Shown: positions 20,062-29,920 of the stretch, one piece after another
Layout of the letters: every line of letters starts with the position of its first letter
Position numbering within the stretch: the stretch's first letter is position 1
Source of the DNA: Actinomycetota bacterium
GTDB taxonomy: Bacteria > Actinomycetota > Actinomycetes > Actinomycetales > Microbacteriaceae
Direction: 5' to 3'
NCBI GenBank assembly: GCA_046049745.1
Contig: JBJOQU010000136.1
Span: 1-34,237 of the forward strand
DNA length: 34,237 nt
Notes under the pieces: generated by a model
The model's input: only the letters and a program-made list of their open reading frames with translations
The model's database searches: none
Told to the model about the DNA's origin: nothing
Program-made: the position numbers and the translations under genes

Positions 20062-21894
20062 GTGCTTGTCGCAAGAGTGCTTGTCGAGTCGCCCATTCCG
20101 CGACTCGACCGTCTCTTGGACTATTCGGTCCCCGATCGTCTGGCCGGTGAGATCGTTCCGGGTGGTCGGGTGCGCGTACCTCTTGGACGAGGAACTCGGC
20201 TTGTCGACGGGTTCGTTATCGAGCTAGGGTCTGAATCCAAGCAGGGTGTCGTCCTCGCCGATGTCGATTCACTCTTGGGCACCATTCCCGTGGTGACGCC
20301 TGCATTGTGGAAGCACGTGCGTGCCGTGGCCGATCGAAACGCGGGGAGCGCGTCTGACATTCTTCGAATTGCGGTTCCGAAACGTGCGGTGCGTGTCGAA
20401 AAGACTTTCAATGTCGCGGCTCGCTCGGCCGTCACACCGGTGCCGGGGACCAAGAGGGTTCTCGAACTGGACGCTGGTGTGACCACTACCAATTCGGGTC
20501 CGACTTTGCGAGCATTCGCTCAGATCTCTGATGTGATTCGTCACACCGCTGGCGGCTCTATCGTCGTAGTTCCTGATTGGCGCGATGTAGAACTACTGAC
20601 GCGTGCGCTTGCGGAGATCGAGCACGTCGTGTGGGACTCCTCTGGCACTCCGAGCGAGCGATACGCACGTTACCTCGCCGTGTTGTCGGGCCAGGCCCGT
20701 GTTGTTATTGGCACCCGTAGCGCCGTCTATGCGCCCGTTGCAGATCTGCGCACGTTGATTGTCGTGAACGAGTCAGATCCTTTGCTGGACGAGCCACTGG
20801 CACCATTTGTTCACGTACGCGATGCAGCAATTGTGAGGCACGGAATTGAAGGCGGCGACCTGATTTTCGCGTCGCTCACACCTTCCGTTGAACTCGCCCG
20901 ATTCCGAGATCTTGATTTCGTCGAGGCGGCGGCGGCAAGACCCCACCGGGCTCCCGTTGTTCTCGCCAATGACCCTACCGACGACTCGTTTGCGGGTAAG
21001 GCGCGCATTCCTACGTCAGCTTGGCGGATTGTCCGTGACGCTTTAGAACGTGGCCCGGTACTCGTCCAGGTGGCGCGGCCAGGATTCACTCCTGCAGTCG
21101 TGTGCGCTGCGTGCCGAACGCCGCACCGTTGCTCGCGTTGTCGATCCCCGCTCGCCGGGGTTCGGGACGGCTCGACGGTGTGTCGATTGTGCGGTAACCA
21201 ACCACTGGGGATTCAATGCGCGCATTGTGGAGGGCGAGAACTCGCCTTCGCAGGTAAGGGCTCCGTTCGAACTGCGGACGAACTCGGTCGAGCTTTTGCG
21301 GGTACAAAGGTGATTCTCTCCGACGCCGAGCACCGACACCTCGAGATACCACGATCCCGAGCGTTGGTCGTCTGCACGCGGGGCGCCGAGCCCATTGTCG
21401 ACGGCGGGTACGAAGCAATCTTGATTGTTGACGGCGATCGCGAGTTGCAAAGACCAGGTCTTCGCACAACTGAAAACTGCCTGCGATGGTGGGGGACAGT
21501 TGCCGCCTTCGCATCAGACACGGGAATCGTCGTCCTCGCGAATGTCGACGGGGCGTTCGCCGCTAGTTTCGCCTCTGGTCAGTGGGAAGGTGTTGTTGAT
21601 GCCGAGTTGCGTGATCGACGTGCTCTGGGATTCCCGCCCGCCACGCGCGCCGTCGCAATTTCGGGCGCAATCCCTGATTTGGCCGAGGTCCGCGCACTTC
21701 CCGAGCTCGTCGGTCATCGGATCGTCGGCCCAGCACCCGCTGGTCAGGGTCACCGAATTGTCGTACTCGCTGACTATGCGACCTCACCCGTTGTCATCTC
21801 CGCGATTCGTGCACATATCGTCGCGTCAAAAACGTCGTCACTTCGTGTCCATTGCGATGACCTGGATGTGTTCGACGAAGTTGACGGAGACTGA
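20062..21894 (+). CDS. priA: Primosomal protein N' (actinobacterial type, helicase motifs degenerate)
   Basis: N-terminal LDRLLDYSVP...G.RVRVP 3'-DNA-binding domain, VIGTRSAVYAP, four CxxC pairs (CAAC, CSRC, CRLC, CAHC), GS.RTA.ELGRAF, FPP. metK-priA-fmt synteny. Start GTG 20062. Confidence 0.93.
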   Translation: MLVARVLVESPIPRLDRLLDYSVPDRLAGEIVPGGRVRVPLGRGTRLVDGFVIELGSESKQGVVLADVDSLLGTIPVVTPALWKHVRAVADRNAGSASDILRIAVPKRAVRVEKTFNVAARSAVTPVPGTKRVLELDAGVTTTNSGPTLRAFAQISDVIRHTAGGSIVVVPDWRDVELLTRALAEIEHVVWDSSGTPSERYARYLAVLSGQARVVIGTRSAVYAPVADLRTLIVVNESDPLLDEPLAPFVHVRDAAIVRHGIEGGDLIFASLTPSVELARFRDLDFVEAAAARPHRAPVVLANDPTDDSFAGKARIPTSAWRIVRDALERGPVLVQVARPGFTPAVVCAACRTPHRCSRCRSPLAGVRDGSTVCRLCGNQPLGIQCAHCGGRELAFAGKGSVRTADELGRAFAGTKVILSDAEHRHLEIPRSRALVVCTRGAEPIVDGGYEAILIVDGDRELQRPGLRTTENCLRWWGTVAAFASDTGIVVLANVDGAFAASFASGQWEGVVDAELRDRRALGFPPATRAVAISGAIPDLAEVRALPELVGHRIVGPAPAGQGHRIVVLADYATSPVVISAIRAHIVASKTSSLRVHCDDLDVFDEVDGD

Positions 21895-21900
21895 AACACT
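21895..21900 (+). promoter_or_regulatory. Putative -10 element (AACACT) for leaderless fmt
   Basis: AACACT-agagct-ATG, nearly identical to the aroC upstream sequence; no SD. Confidence 0.45.
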
Positions 21901-21906
21901 AGAGCT

Positions 21907-22803
21907 ATGGCCAGAATCGTTTTCGCAGGTAGCCCAGAAGTCTCGGTGCCCTACTTGCGCACATTGGCGGCCGTTCACGAGATCGTTTTAGTCATCAGCA
22001 GGATTGATTCGCCAGTCGGTCGTAAGCGTGTCATGAGCCCGACCCCCGTCGCTCAGGTGGCAGAGGAACTCGGTTTGCCGTTGCTCAAGACAAACAGCCT
22101 TCGAGGGCTCGAACTTCCTGATTCCGATATCGGTGTTGTCGTGGCTTACGGAGGGTTGGTGCCGGATGCGCTGCTTGACGTACCTGTGCACGGTTGGATC
22201 AACGCTCACTTCTCGCTGCTGCCCGCGCTGCGAGGTGCTGCGCCCGTCCAGCGCGGCTTGTGGAATGGAGACACGTCCACCGGTATTTCCATTTTTCAGC
22301 TAGTGAGCGAACTAGACGCCGGCCCGCTTTACCACCAGCGTGAAGTGTTCTTCGAGCCAACCGAAACTGCCTCGCAGGCGCTCAGCCGTATTGCATCGCT
22401 GACAGTCCACGACATCGTCGACACAGTTGACGGAATTCTTGCTGGAGAACTCGAGGCCTACGAACAGACTGGACTAACAACGTTTGCGCCGAAATTCACT
22501 CGCGACGACGGGCACATCAACTGGCTGTTACCGGCACACATCGTTGAGAACCGAATTCGCGCGTTGACCGATGAACCTGGTGCGTACACACTGCTCGGAG
22601 ACCAACGGATTGGAATCCAGCAGGCTCGTCTGTCGTATGGTGAATCAGGTCCTGCAGGTTCGGTGTCCGTCGCCAACGGACACGTTTACATTGGGACAGG
22701 TGACGGGACAATCGAATTGATGAGCGTGAAGCCCGCTGGGAAGAACGCGATGTCAGCGATTGACTGGGCACGTGGACTTCGTGGCGAGTCGGTACTCGAA
22801 TGA
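21907..22803 (+). CDS. fmt: Methionyl-tRNA formyltransferase
   Basis: IVFAGSPE, VVVAYG, WINAHFSLLP.LRGAAPVQ, LDAG. Confidence 0.98.
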   Translation: MARIVFAGSPEVSVPYLRTLAAVHEIVLVISRIDSPVGRKRVMSPTPVAQVAEELGLPLLKTNSLRGLELPDSDIGVVVAYGGLVPDALLDVPVHGWINAHFSLLPALRGAAPVQRGLWNGDTSTGISIFQLVSELDAGPLYHQREVFFEPTETASQALSRIASLTVHDIVDTVDGILAGELEAYEQTGLTTFAPKFTRDDGHINWLLPAHIVENRIRALTDEPGAYTLLGDQRIGIQQARLSYGESGPAGSVSVANGHVYIGTGDGTIELMSVKPAGKNAMSAIDWARGLRGESVLE

Positions 22804-24131
22804 CCCGCAACGCACGTGATGTCGCGGTGTCCGTTATCGGGGATGTGCGCGCCAACGGTGCTTATGCGAACATCGCGTTGCCCAAGGCAATCGCCGCGGC
22901 GAAGTTATCGCCACGAGACGCCGCCGACGCGACGACCTTGACCTATGGCACCGCCCGTTGGCAGGGATTCGTTGACGCCGTGCTACGCGAATGTGTCGAC
23001 CGGCCTCTTGACGATCTCGACGGTGAGGTTCTTGACGTCCTCAGAGTTGGCACGTTCGAGGTGACAGTGGGGGACGAGCCTGCCCACATCGTCAACGAAT
23101 GGGTCGAAGCAGCAAAGCGTCGTGTTCGCAGGGCATCTGGTTTGGTCAACGCAACGTTACGAAAGGTCTCTCGTCGGTCGCCCGCAGAATGGCGAGCACT
23201 ATTCACGACGACGCTGAGCGGTGACTCACTAATCGAGGCGACGACAAGCCACCCAGCATGGATTGTGCGTTCGTTCGAATCAGCTCTTCCCGCCGCTGAG
23301 GTTGCTGCACTAATCGACGCAGACAATGAACCAGCCCACCCGACGCTGATCGCACTGCCTGGCCTGGCACGAGTGCCTGACGGAGTTGAACACGGTCAAT
23401 TGTCTCCTTATGCCTATCCGGCGCCTCCCGGGCCGATTGGGGATATCGCCGGGATACACGACGGTTCTGTTCGCGTCCAAGACGAAGGATCGCAGGTTGC
23501 CGCTCTTCTTCTCGCTGCGGTCGCCCCGATTGTGGTCGGAGAGGAATGGCTCGACCTTTGTGCAGGTCCGGGTGGGAAAACTGCGTTATTGGCTGCGCTA
23601 CAACGTCCCCACAACGGATTTCTCGTGGCCAACGAGCCACACGACCATCGCGCGGAACTGGTGCGCAACGCGATCAGGCCCTTTGCAGAGCACGTTCGCG
23701 TGATATCCAAGGACGGTCGAATTGTAGGTCGAGACAATCCAGGGCGTTTCGACCGAGTTTTGGTCGATGCGCCGTGTTCGGGACTTGGCGCACTTCGTCG
23801 GCGACCAGAATCGCGTTGGCGGAAGTCCGAAGAGGACCTCGACGTTCTGACGATGCTGCAAATCGAACTGCTCACCGCGGCCGTCAGAGCGACCAAACCA
23901 GGCGGATTTATCGCCTACGTTACGTGTTCGCCCGATCCACGAGAGACGGTCGATGTCGTTCAGACGGTCCTCGACGAACAACCTTCCGTCAACGTCATCA
24001 AGACAGTTGACGTACTCGCAACCATCACCTCTAACGCTCACGCCGTCGGAAGAGGAACGGCCGTTCAACTGTGGCCACATCGCCACGGAACTGATGCGAT
24101 GTTCATCCAGTTACTGCAACGAACGCGATAG
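22800..24131 (+). CDS. rsmB: 16S rRNA m5C967 methyltransferase (RsmB/Sun/Fmu)
   Basis: NusB-like N-terminal domain, SHP.W, VQDEGSQ, LDLCAGPGGKT, DAPCSGLG.LRRRPE.RW, YVTCS. Confidence 0.95.
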   Translation: MTRNARDVAVSVIGDVRANGAYANIALPKAIAAAKLSPRDAADATTLTYGTARWQGFVDAVLRECVDRPLDDLDGEVLDVLRVGTFEVTVGDEPAHIVNEWVEAAKRRVRRASGLVNATLRKVSRRSPAEWRALFTTTLSGDSLIEATTSHPAWIVRSFESALPAAEVAALIDADNEPAHPTLIALPGLARVPDGVEHGQLSPYAYPAPPGPIGDIAGIHDGSVRVQDEGSQVAALLLAAVAPIVVGEEWLDLCAGPGGKTALLAALQRPHNGFLVANEPHDHRAELVRNAIRPFAEHVRVISKDGRIVGRDNPGRFDRVLVDAPCSGLGALRRRPESRWRKSEEDLDVLTMLQIELLTAAVRATKPGGFIAYVTCSPDPRETVDVVQTVLDEQPSVNVIKTVDVLATITSNAHAVGRGTAVQLWPHRHGTDAMFIQLLQRTR

Positions 24132-24134
24132 CCT
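24129..24134 (+). promoter_or_regulatory. Putative -10 element (TAGCCT) for leaderless rpe, overlapping the rsmB stop codon
   Basis: TAGCCT-gacacc-GTG; no SD. Confidence 0.6.
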
Positions 24135-24140
24135 GACACC

Positions 24141-24806
24141 GTGACGGTTCGAATCAACCCCAGTATTCTCAGTGCTGATTTCGTGAATATGGAACGCGAG
24201 CTCGGTCACATTACGAATGCTGACTTCGTTCACGTTGATGTCATGGACAACAACTTTGTTCCCAACCTCACGTTTGGGCCCCAAATGGTGTCGCGGATTG
24301 GTGAAGTATCCCGAGTGCCTCTCGACGTGCATCTCATGATCCAGGACAACGACCGCTGGGCGGCCGGCTATGCGGAACGTGGCGCTCAATCTGTCACCTT
24401 CCACGTTGAATCGACCCTCGACCCTGTTGGCGTCGCAACGAGAATTCGCGAAATTGGCGCTCGTGCAGGTCTGGCTTTGAAGCCCCACACTCCGTTCGAG
24501 AGCGTCCGAGAGATCGCACACGCGTTCGACCAAATTCTTGTCATGACCGTCGAGCCTGGATTCGGCGGGCAAAAGTTCATGCACGACCAAATGGACAAGG
24601 TGCGCGCGGTCGCCCAGTTCCGTAAGGACACCGGCACCAACTTCTGGATTCAGGTCGACGGGGGAGTCGACGAGAACACCATTTCGATTGCCGCGGAGGC
24701 CGGCGCCGATACGTTCGTTGCTGGATCAGCCGTCTACGGTCGGGACAACCCAGCCCTCGCTGTGGAAAACCTCCGTAAACTTGCTCAGACGAACCACCAT
24801 CACTAG
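24141..24806 (+). CDS. rpe: Ribulose-phosphate 3-epimerase
   Basis: PSILSADF, HVDVMD..FVPNLTFG, DVHLMI, MTVEPGFGGQ, QVDGG, FVAGSA. Confidence 0.98.
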   Translation: MTVRINPSILSADFVNMERELGHITNADFVHVDVMDNNFVPNLTFGPQMVSRIGEVSRVPLDVHLMIQDNDRWAAGYAERGAQSVTFHVESTLDPVGVATRIREIGARAGLALKPHTPFESVREIAHAFDQILVMTVEPGFGGQKFMHDQMDKVRAVAQFRKDTGTNFWIQVDGGVDENTISIAAEAGADTFVAGSAVYGRDNPALAVENLRKLAQTNHHH

Positions 24807-24813
24807 GAGAGAC

Positions 24814-25170
24814 ATGTCGAAGCCCGAAATCGAACCCCAACTCGGTCCAGAACCCACAGAACTCGTCATCGAGGACATCATCGTCGGTGACGGAGCCGAG
24901 GCCCTCCCAGGTTCCAATGTCGAGGTTCACTACGTCGGAGTGACGTTTGAGGGAGAGGAATTCGACTCGTCATGGGGCCGCGGCGAATCAATCGAGTTCC
25001 CCTTGAACGGACTCGTGCGTGGATGGCAAGAGGGTATTCCCGGGATGAAGGTCGGCGGTCGCCGCCAACTCGTCTGCCCTCCCGCGTGGGCATACGGACC
25101 AGCCGGTTCAGGTCACTTCCTCTCGGGAAAGACGTTGATCTTCGTCATCGACCTGCTCGCCACCCGCTGA
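24814..25170 (+). CDS. FKBP-type peptidyl-prolyl cis-trans isomerase (118 aa)
   Basis: VHYVG....EFDSSW.RG, GWQEGIPGMKVGGRR.L..PP..AYG, TLIFVIDL. SD AGGAGA then ATG 24814. Confidence 0.95.
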   Translation: MSKPEIEPQLGPEPTELVIEDIIVGDGAEALPGSNVEVHYVGVTFEGEEFDSSWGRGESIEFPLNGLVRGWQEGIPGMKVGGRRQLVCPPAWAYGPAGSGHFLSGKTLIFVIDLLATR

Positions 25171-25175
25171 GCGGT

Positions 25176-25181
25176 TAAGAT
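25176..25181 (+). promoter_or_regulatory. Putative -10 element (TAAGAT) for leaderless hisE / his-trp operon
   Basis: TAAGAT-tgtcga-GTG; no SD. Confidence 0.65.
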
Positions 25182-25187
25182 TGTCGA

Positions 25188-25451
25188 GTGAAGACTTTCG
25201 ACGAGCTGTACACGGAACTGGCCGAGAAGGCCATCACGCGTCCCGCAGGTAGTGGGACAGTGGCGGAACTCGATGCCGGAGTTCACGCGATCGGCAAGAA
25301 AATCGTCGAAGAGGCCGCCGAAGTGTGGATGGCTGCCGAGTATCAGAGTGATCGCGAAACCGCTGAGGAGATCGCTCAGTTGATTTACCATCTGCAGGTG
25401 CTCATGGTTGCCAAGGGACTCACTCCCGCAGACGTGTACGACGCCCTCTAA
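25188..25451 (+). CDS. hisE: Phosphoribosyl-ATP diphosphatase
   Basis: [35 protein letters not shown]. Confidence 0.97.
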   Translation: MKTFDELYTELAEKAITRPAGSGTVAELDAGVHAIGKKIVEEAAEVWMAAEYQSDRETAEEIAQLIYHLQVLMVAKGLTPADVYDAL

Positions 25452-25465
25452 CCCAAAGGTCCTTC

Positions 25466-26305
25466 ATGCTCAAAATTGCAGTCCCCAACAAGGGAACGCT
25501 GTCGGATACTGCTGTCGAGATGCTTATCGAGGCCGGCTACACAGGTCGTCGTGATCCCCGCCAGTTGCACGTGATCGATGACCGTAACGGTGTCGAATTT
25601 TTCTACCTCCGACCCCGCGACATCGCGACGTACGTTGGCTCCGGCGCGCTTGACGTCGGAATCACTGGTCGAGACCTCCTCCTCGACTCAGAAACTGATG
25701 CTCTTGAACTCGATGACCTTGGCTTCGGAAGCTCAACTTTTCGATTCGCCGCTAAGCCCGGCGCTTTTGGCTCCGTGCAGGAACTCTCCGGTGTCCGCGT
25801 CGCAACGTCGTATCCGAAGCTGGTCGCGGATTTTCTCGAACGCCAGGGAGTCAAAGCCGTTCTCATCAAGTTGGACGGCGCCGTGGAATCAGCGGTTCGG
25901 CTCGGCGTTGCTGACGCTGTGGCCGATGTGGTGTCGACGGGGTCGACTCTTCGCGCCCAAGGACTCGAGGTATTCGGTCCTGTCATCCTTGAATCAACAG
26001 CGGTATTGATCTCTGCTGACTCACCAGACAAGGGCATCGATGTCCTGCGCCGTCGCCTCGCTGGCGTCAAGGTGGCTCGCGAGTACGTTCTGATGGATTA
26101 CGACCTGCCTGTCGCTCTTCTCGAACACGCGTCAGCGATCACACCGGGGCTTGAGTCACCGACTGTGTCGCCTTTGCGCGATCCGGAATGGGTCGCCGTC
26201 CGCGCGATGGTGCCCAAATCAGACACCAACCACGTCATGGACGAACTTTACGAACTCGGCGCACGGGCGATCCTCGTAAGCCCGATTCACGCCGCGCGGA
26301 TCTGA
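25466..26305 (+). CDS. hisG: ATP phosphoribosyltransferase (long form with C-terminal regulatory domain)
   Basis: IAVPNKG, RPRDIA.YV, GITG.D, ATSYP, GAVE....[23 protein letters not shown]. Confidence 0.98.
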   Translation: MLKIAVPNKGTLSDTAVEMLIEAGYTGRRDPRQLHVIDDRNGVEFFYLRPRDIATYVGSGALDVGITGRDLLLDSETDALELDDLGFGSSTFRFAAKPGAFGSVQELSGVRVATSYPKLVADFLERQGVKAVLIKLDGAVESAVRLGVADAVADVVSTGSTLRAQGLEVFGPVILESTAVLISADSPDKGIDVLRRRLAGVKVAREYVLMDYDLPVALLEHASAITPGLESPTVSPLRDPEWVAVRAMVPKSDTNHVMDELYELGARAILVSPIHAARI

Positions 26306-27066
26306 TGACCGTCGCCGTTCGCGTCATTCCCTGTCTCGACGTCAAGGACGGTCGAGTGGTGAAAGGTGTGAACTTCGAGAACCTCCAAGATTCCGGTGAC
26401 CCGGTCGACCGGGCGACGGTCTATTACGAGGCTGGTGCCGATGAATTGACCTTCCTCGATGTCACCGCAACCGTAGACGACCGCTCAACCATGTACGACA
26501 TCGTCGAACGCACTGCTGAAAAGCTTTTCATTCCGTTGACTGTGGGTGGCGGTGTACGAACCACCGACGATGTCGCCCGCCTTCTTGGCCACGGTGCAGA
26601 CAAAGTTAGCGTGAGTTCCGCGGCTGTTGTCCGCCCTGAGTTGTTGAGTGAGATCGCCGAACGGTTTGGAAATCAAGTGCTCGTCCTCTCTCTTGACATC
26701 GCCTCGAGCAATGACAGCCCGAGTGGCTGGGTCGTCACGACTCACGGCGGGCGGACTCTGACGGACGTCGACGCGCTCGCGTGGGTGCGCGAAGCCGTCG
26801 ACCGAGGGGCTGGCGAGTTACTCGTCAACTCCATCGACGCTGACGGTACGAAGACTGGTTTCGACATCCCGCTCATCGAAGCAGTCCGCAGCGTCGCGGC
26901 GGTACCGCTCATCGCATCGGGGGGAGCGGGGTCAATAGAACATTTCGCACCCGCGGTGCGGGCCGGAGCCGACGCAGTTCTCGCGGCATCTGTGTTTCAC
27001 ACCGATCAGGTGACGATTGCTGACGTCAAAGACGCACTGCGTGCAGACGGGATTGAGGTCCGATGA
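26305..27066 (+). CDS. hisF: Imidazole glycerol phosphate synthase cyclase subunit
   Basis: [53 protein letters not shown]. Start ATG 26305 (TGATG overlap). Confidence 0.98.
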   Translation: MTVAVRVIPCLDVKDGRVVKGVNFENLQDSGDPVDRATVYYEAGADELTFLDVTATVDDRSTMYDIVERTAEKLFIPLTVGGGVRTTDDVARLLGHGADKVSVSSAAVVRPELLSEIAERFGNQVLVLSLDIASSNDSPSGWVVTTHGGRTLTDVDALAWVREAVDRGAGELLVNSIDADGTKTGFDIPLIEAVRSVAAVPLIASGGAGSIEHFAPAVRAGADAVLAASVFHTDQVTIADVKDALRADGIEVR

Positions 27067-27389
27067 CCACCATCAACGACATCGCATTCAACTCCGACGG
27101 GCTTGTTCCCGCGATCATTCAACAACATGACTCTGGCGATGTCCTCATGTTGGGTTACATGAATGCAGAGGCTGTCCGGCGCACCCTGACAGAAGGTCGG
27201 GTGACCTTCTGGAGTCGCTCGCGACAAGAATTCTGGCGCAAGGGCGACACTTCGGGGAACGTGCAGCACGTGGTCTCAATAAGCGTGGACTGCGATGGAG
27301 ACACGTTGCTCGTTCGTGTCGACCAAACTGGAGTCGCGTGCCACACAGGATCACGCTCGTGTTTCGACAATCGAGAGGTGACGTCATGA
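27063..27389 (+). CDS. hisI: Phosphoribosyl-AMP cyclohydrolase
   Basis: [36 protein letters not shown]. Confidence 0.98.
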   Translation: MTTINDIAFNSDGLVPAIIQQHDSGDVLMLGYMNAEAVRRTLTEGRVTFWSRSRQEFWRKGDTSGNVQHVVSISVDCDGDTLLVRVDQTGVACHTGSRSCFDNREVTS

Positions 27390-28897
27390 CGACGACCCGT
27401 ACCGAATTCGATTCCGCGCGGCAACACGGCCCGGTTGTCACGGTACTTCGTAGCGTTTTCGTGGATTCCGTTTCGCCCGTTGCGCTATACGAACACCTCA
27501 CGGCGGCGAAACCAGGGACTTTCCTTCTCGAGTCCGCCGAACAAGGTGGAATCTGGTCTCGGTATTCGTTCATCGGGCTCTCGTCGTGGGGTTGCCTCAC
27601 TGAGTCGAATGGCGAGACGCGTTGGATTGACTACGGTTTATCGCGCGAACAAGCATTCGACGGCCCGTTGCCCACCAAACGTCTCGACGCGTTGGATGCA
27701 CTGTACGCAAAATGGGCGTCACCGAACAACACCGGCCTTCCTCCTTTGACGAGCGGCCTCGTTGGCTTCCTCGGCTGGGACACGATTCGCGAGATTGAGG
27801 ACCTCCCCGACGTTCCCGTGAACGAGTCTGGGGTTCCTGCGCAAGCAATGGTGTTCGTGCGCGATCTCCTCGTTATCGACCACCGCACGTCTGTCATCCA
27901 CGTATGCACCGCAGTCCTCGACGGCGGGGACTCTGACACCGAATGGTCCAACTCTCAACGTCGATTGGACGAGCTCGTCTCTCGCCTCGACACGTCGGTG
28001 CACTTGGCGCCACTCGAACCACCGGTCACAACAACGCCCAGTTATTCGACACGGACAGAACGCACGGAATTCCTGAAGTCGATTGACACGGCCAAGCACT
28101 ACATCCGCGAAGGTGATGTCTTCCAGGTCGTCATCTCACAGCGCTTTGATACGGAAGTCAGCGCATCGTCGGTTGACGTGTACCGAATGCTTCGAGCGCT
28201 CAATCCGTCGCCGTACATGTACTTACTCGCACTAGAAACCGAAGACGGTACGGCCTTCGAAGTTGTCGGGTCAAGCCCCGAAGCGCTGGTGAAAGTCGAA
28301 GACGGTCGGGTGTTCAGCCACCCCATCGCAGGTTCACGCCCGCGCGGCGCGACTCCCGAGCAGGATGTCGAACTCGCCGAGGGATTGCTGCGTGACGACA
28401 AGGAACGTGCTGAGCACCTCATGCTTGTCGACCTCGCCCGAAATGATCTGTCTCGGGTGTGCGCGCCTGGTTCCGTCGAGGTGACGGAGTTCATGGCTGT
28501 CGAGCGTTTCTCGCACATCATGCATCTCGTGTCTAGTGTCGAAGGAAACCTCTCGGAGAGTTCGAGCCCGATCGACGTCTTCCGATCGACCTTCCCTGCT
28601 GGAACGTTGTCTGGCGCACCGAAACCACGCGCACTTGAAATCATCGACGAGTTGGAACCTGCCAACAGGGGAGTGTATGGCGGTGTTGTCGGATACATCA
28701 GTTTTGGCGGCGATGCCGACCTCGCGATTGCGATCAGAACTGCCGTCATCGTTGGGAATCACGCTTCTGTTCAGGCCGGTGCAGGTCTCGTGGCGGATTC
28801 AAACCCGGAAAGTGAATACGACGAGACTGTCCACAAGGCGGCGGCGCCCCTGCGCGCCATCGCCTCTGCGAACGCACTTCGCCCCGCGATAGACTGA
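27386..28897 (+). CDS. trpE: Anthranilate synthase component I
   Basis: [75 protein letters not shown] then ATG 27386. Confidence 0.97.
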   Translation: MTTTRTEFDSARQHGPVVTVLRSVFVDSVSPVALYEHLTAAKPGTFLLESAEQGGIWSRYSFIGLSSWGCLTESNGETRWIDYGLSREQAFDGPLPTKRLDALDALYAKWASPNNTGLPPLTSGLVGFLGWDTIREIEDLPDVPVNESGVPAQAMVFVRDLLVIDHRTSVIHVCTAVLDGGDSDTEWSNSQRRLDELVSRLDTSVHLAPLEPPVTTTPSYSTRTERTEFLKSIDTAKHYIREGDVFQVVISQRFDTEVSASSVDVYRMLRALNPSPYMYLLALETEDGTAFEVVGSSPEALVKVEDGRVFSHPIAGSRPRGATPEQDVELAEGLLRDDKERAEHLMLVDLARNDLSRVCAPGSVEVTEFMAVERFSHIMHLVSSVEGNLSESSSPIDVFRSTFPAGTLSGAPKPRALEIIDELEPANRGVYGGVVGYISFGGDADLAIAIRTAVIVGNHASVQAGAGLVADSNPESEYDETVHKAAAPLRAIASANALRPAID

Positions 28898-28916
28898 CGT
28901 CACGAAAGGATTCACC

Positions 28917-29141
28917 ATGAACACTGCACACGATCCCGGACACGGTTCTTCCCCGGCGGCATGGACCTCGGTCATCATCATGCTCGTTGCGTTTACAACA
29001 GGAACACTCTTCTTCTGGCTGGATCAGCCTGCTTTGGTGTGGGCAAGCGCAGGTCTTCTCGCGACTGGTCCCATCGTTGGTTGGGCACTCTCGAAGGCCG
29101 GCTACGGAGTCAAGGGGCCAAAGTACAAGGTCAAGCACTAG
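28917..29141 (+). CDS. HGxxPAAW-family small membrane protein (unknown function)
   Basis: DPGHGSSPAAW followed by two hydrophobic helices and a basic tail; SD GAAAGGA; characteristic position before trpC. Confidence 0.88.
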   Translation: MNTAHDPGHGSSPAAWTSVIIMLVAFTTGTLFFWLDQPALVWASAGLLATGPIVGWALSKAGYGVKGPKYKVKH

Positions 29142-29143
29142 CA

Positions 29144-29920
29144 GTGCTGGACCAACTCACGGCAGGCGCCCTCGAGGACGCCGCCGATCGTCGCGAACGA
29201 ATCTCGCTTGCCGAGATCGAGCGACGCGCCGTGAGTTCTCCAGAGCCCCGCGATGCTCTTCGCGCCTTGGCGCCGACTGACCACATTCGTCTGATTGCGG
29301 AAATCAAGCGTTCAAGTCCGTCCAAGGGATCGCTCGCCGCCATTCCGGACCCGCAAGACCTCGCGGCTGAATACGCCGAATCTGGCGCTGACGCGATTTC
29401 CGTCTTGACGGAGGGCCGCAGATTTGGAGGGTCCATCAACGACCTCATCGCCGTTCGGGACGCCGTGTCGGTGCCGTTGTTGCGCAAGGATTTCATCGCT
29501 GAGGAATACCAGATCCTCGAAGCGAGGGCGTTCGGTGCCGACATCGTTCTTCTCATCGTCGCTGCCCTCGAACAGCCAGTCCTTGCTCGGCTCCACACAT
29601 TTGCACAGCAATTGGGTCTCGCTGTTCTCGTCGAGACACATTCCGCTGACGAGGTTCGTCGCGCGTCAGATGTCGGCGCACGACTAGTCGGGGTAAATGC
29701 ACGTAATCTGTCCACCTTCGAGATGGACAGAAACCTTTTTGGTGAGGTACGACACCTCATCGACGCTTCCGCAATCGCCATTGCCGAATCAGCCGTTGTT
29801 GATGTCGATGATGTCGTTGCGTATCGAAATGCCGGTGCTGACGTTGTTTTGGTCGGCGAAGCACTAGTCACGTCCGGCAATCCCGCCGACCGTGTCCGTG
29901 AATTCCGAGGAGTGAACTGA
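29144..29920 (+). CDS. trpC: Indole-3-glycerol phosphate synthase
   Basis: [46 protein letters not shown]. Start GTG 29144. Confidence 0.97.
   Translation: MLDQLTAGALEDAADRRERISLAEIERRAVSSPEPRDALRALAPTDHIRLIAEIKRSSPSKGSLAAIPDPQDLAAEYAESGADAISVLTEGRRFGGSINDLIAVRDAVSVPLLRKDFIAEEYQILEARAFGADIVLLIVAALEQPVLARLHTFAQQLGLAVLVETHSADEVRRASDVGARLVGVNARNLSTFEMDRNLFGEVRHLIDASAIAIAESAVVDVDDVVAYRNAGADVVLVGEALVTSGNPADRVREFRGVN

Noticed and set aside
24792-24806. His-rich C-terminus of Rpe (NHHH)
   Set aside because: Too short to support a metal-binding or tag claim.
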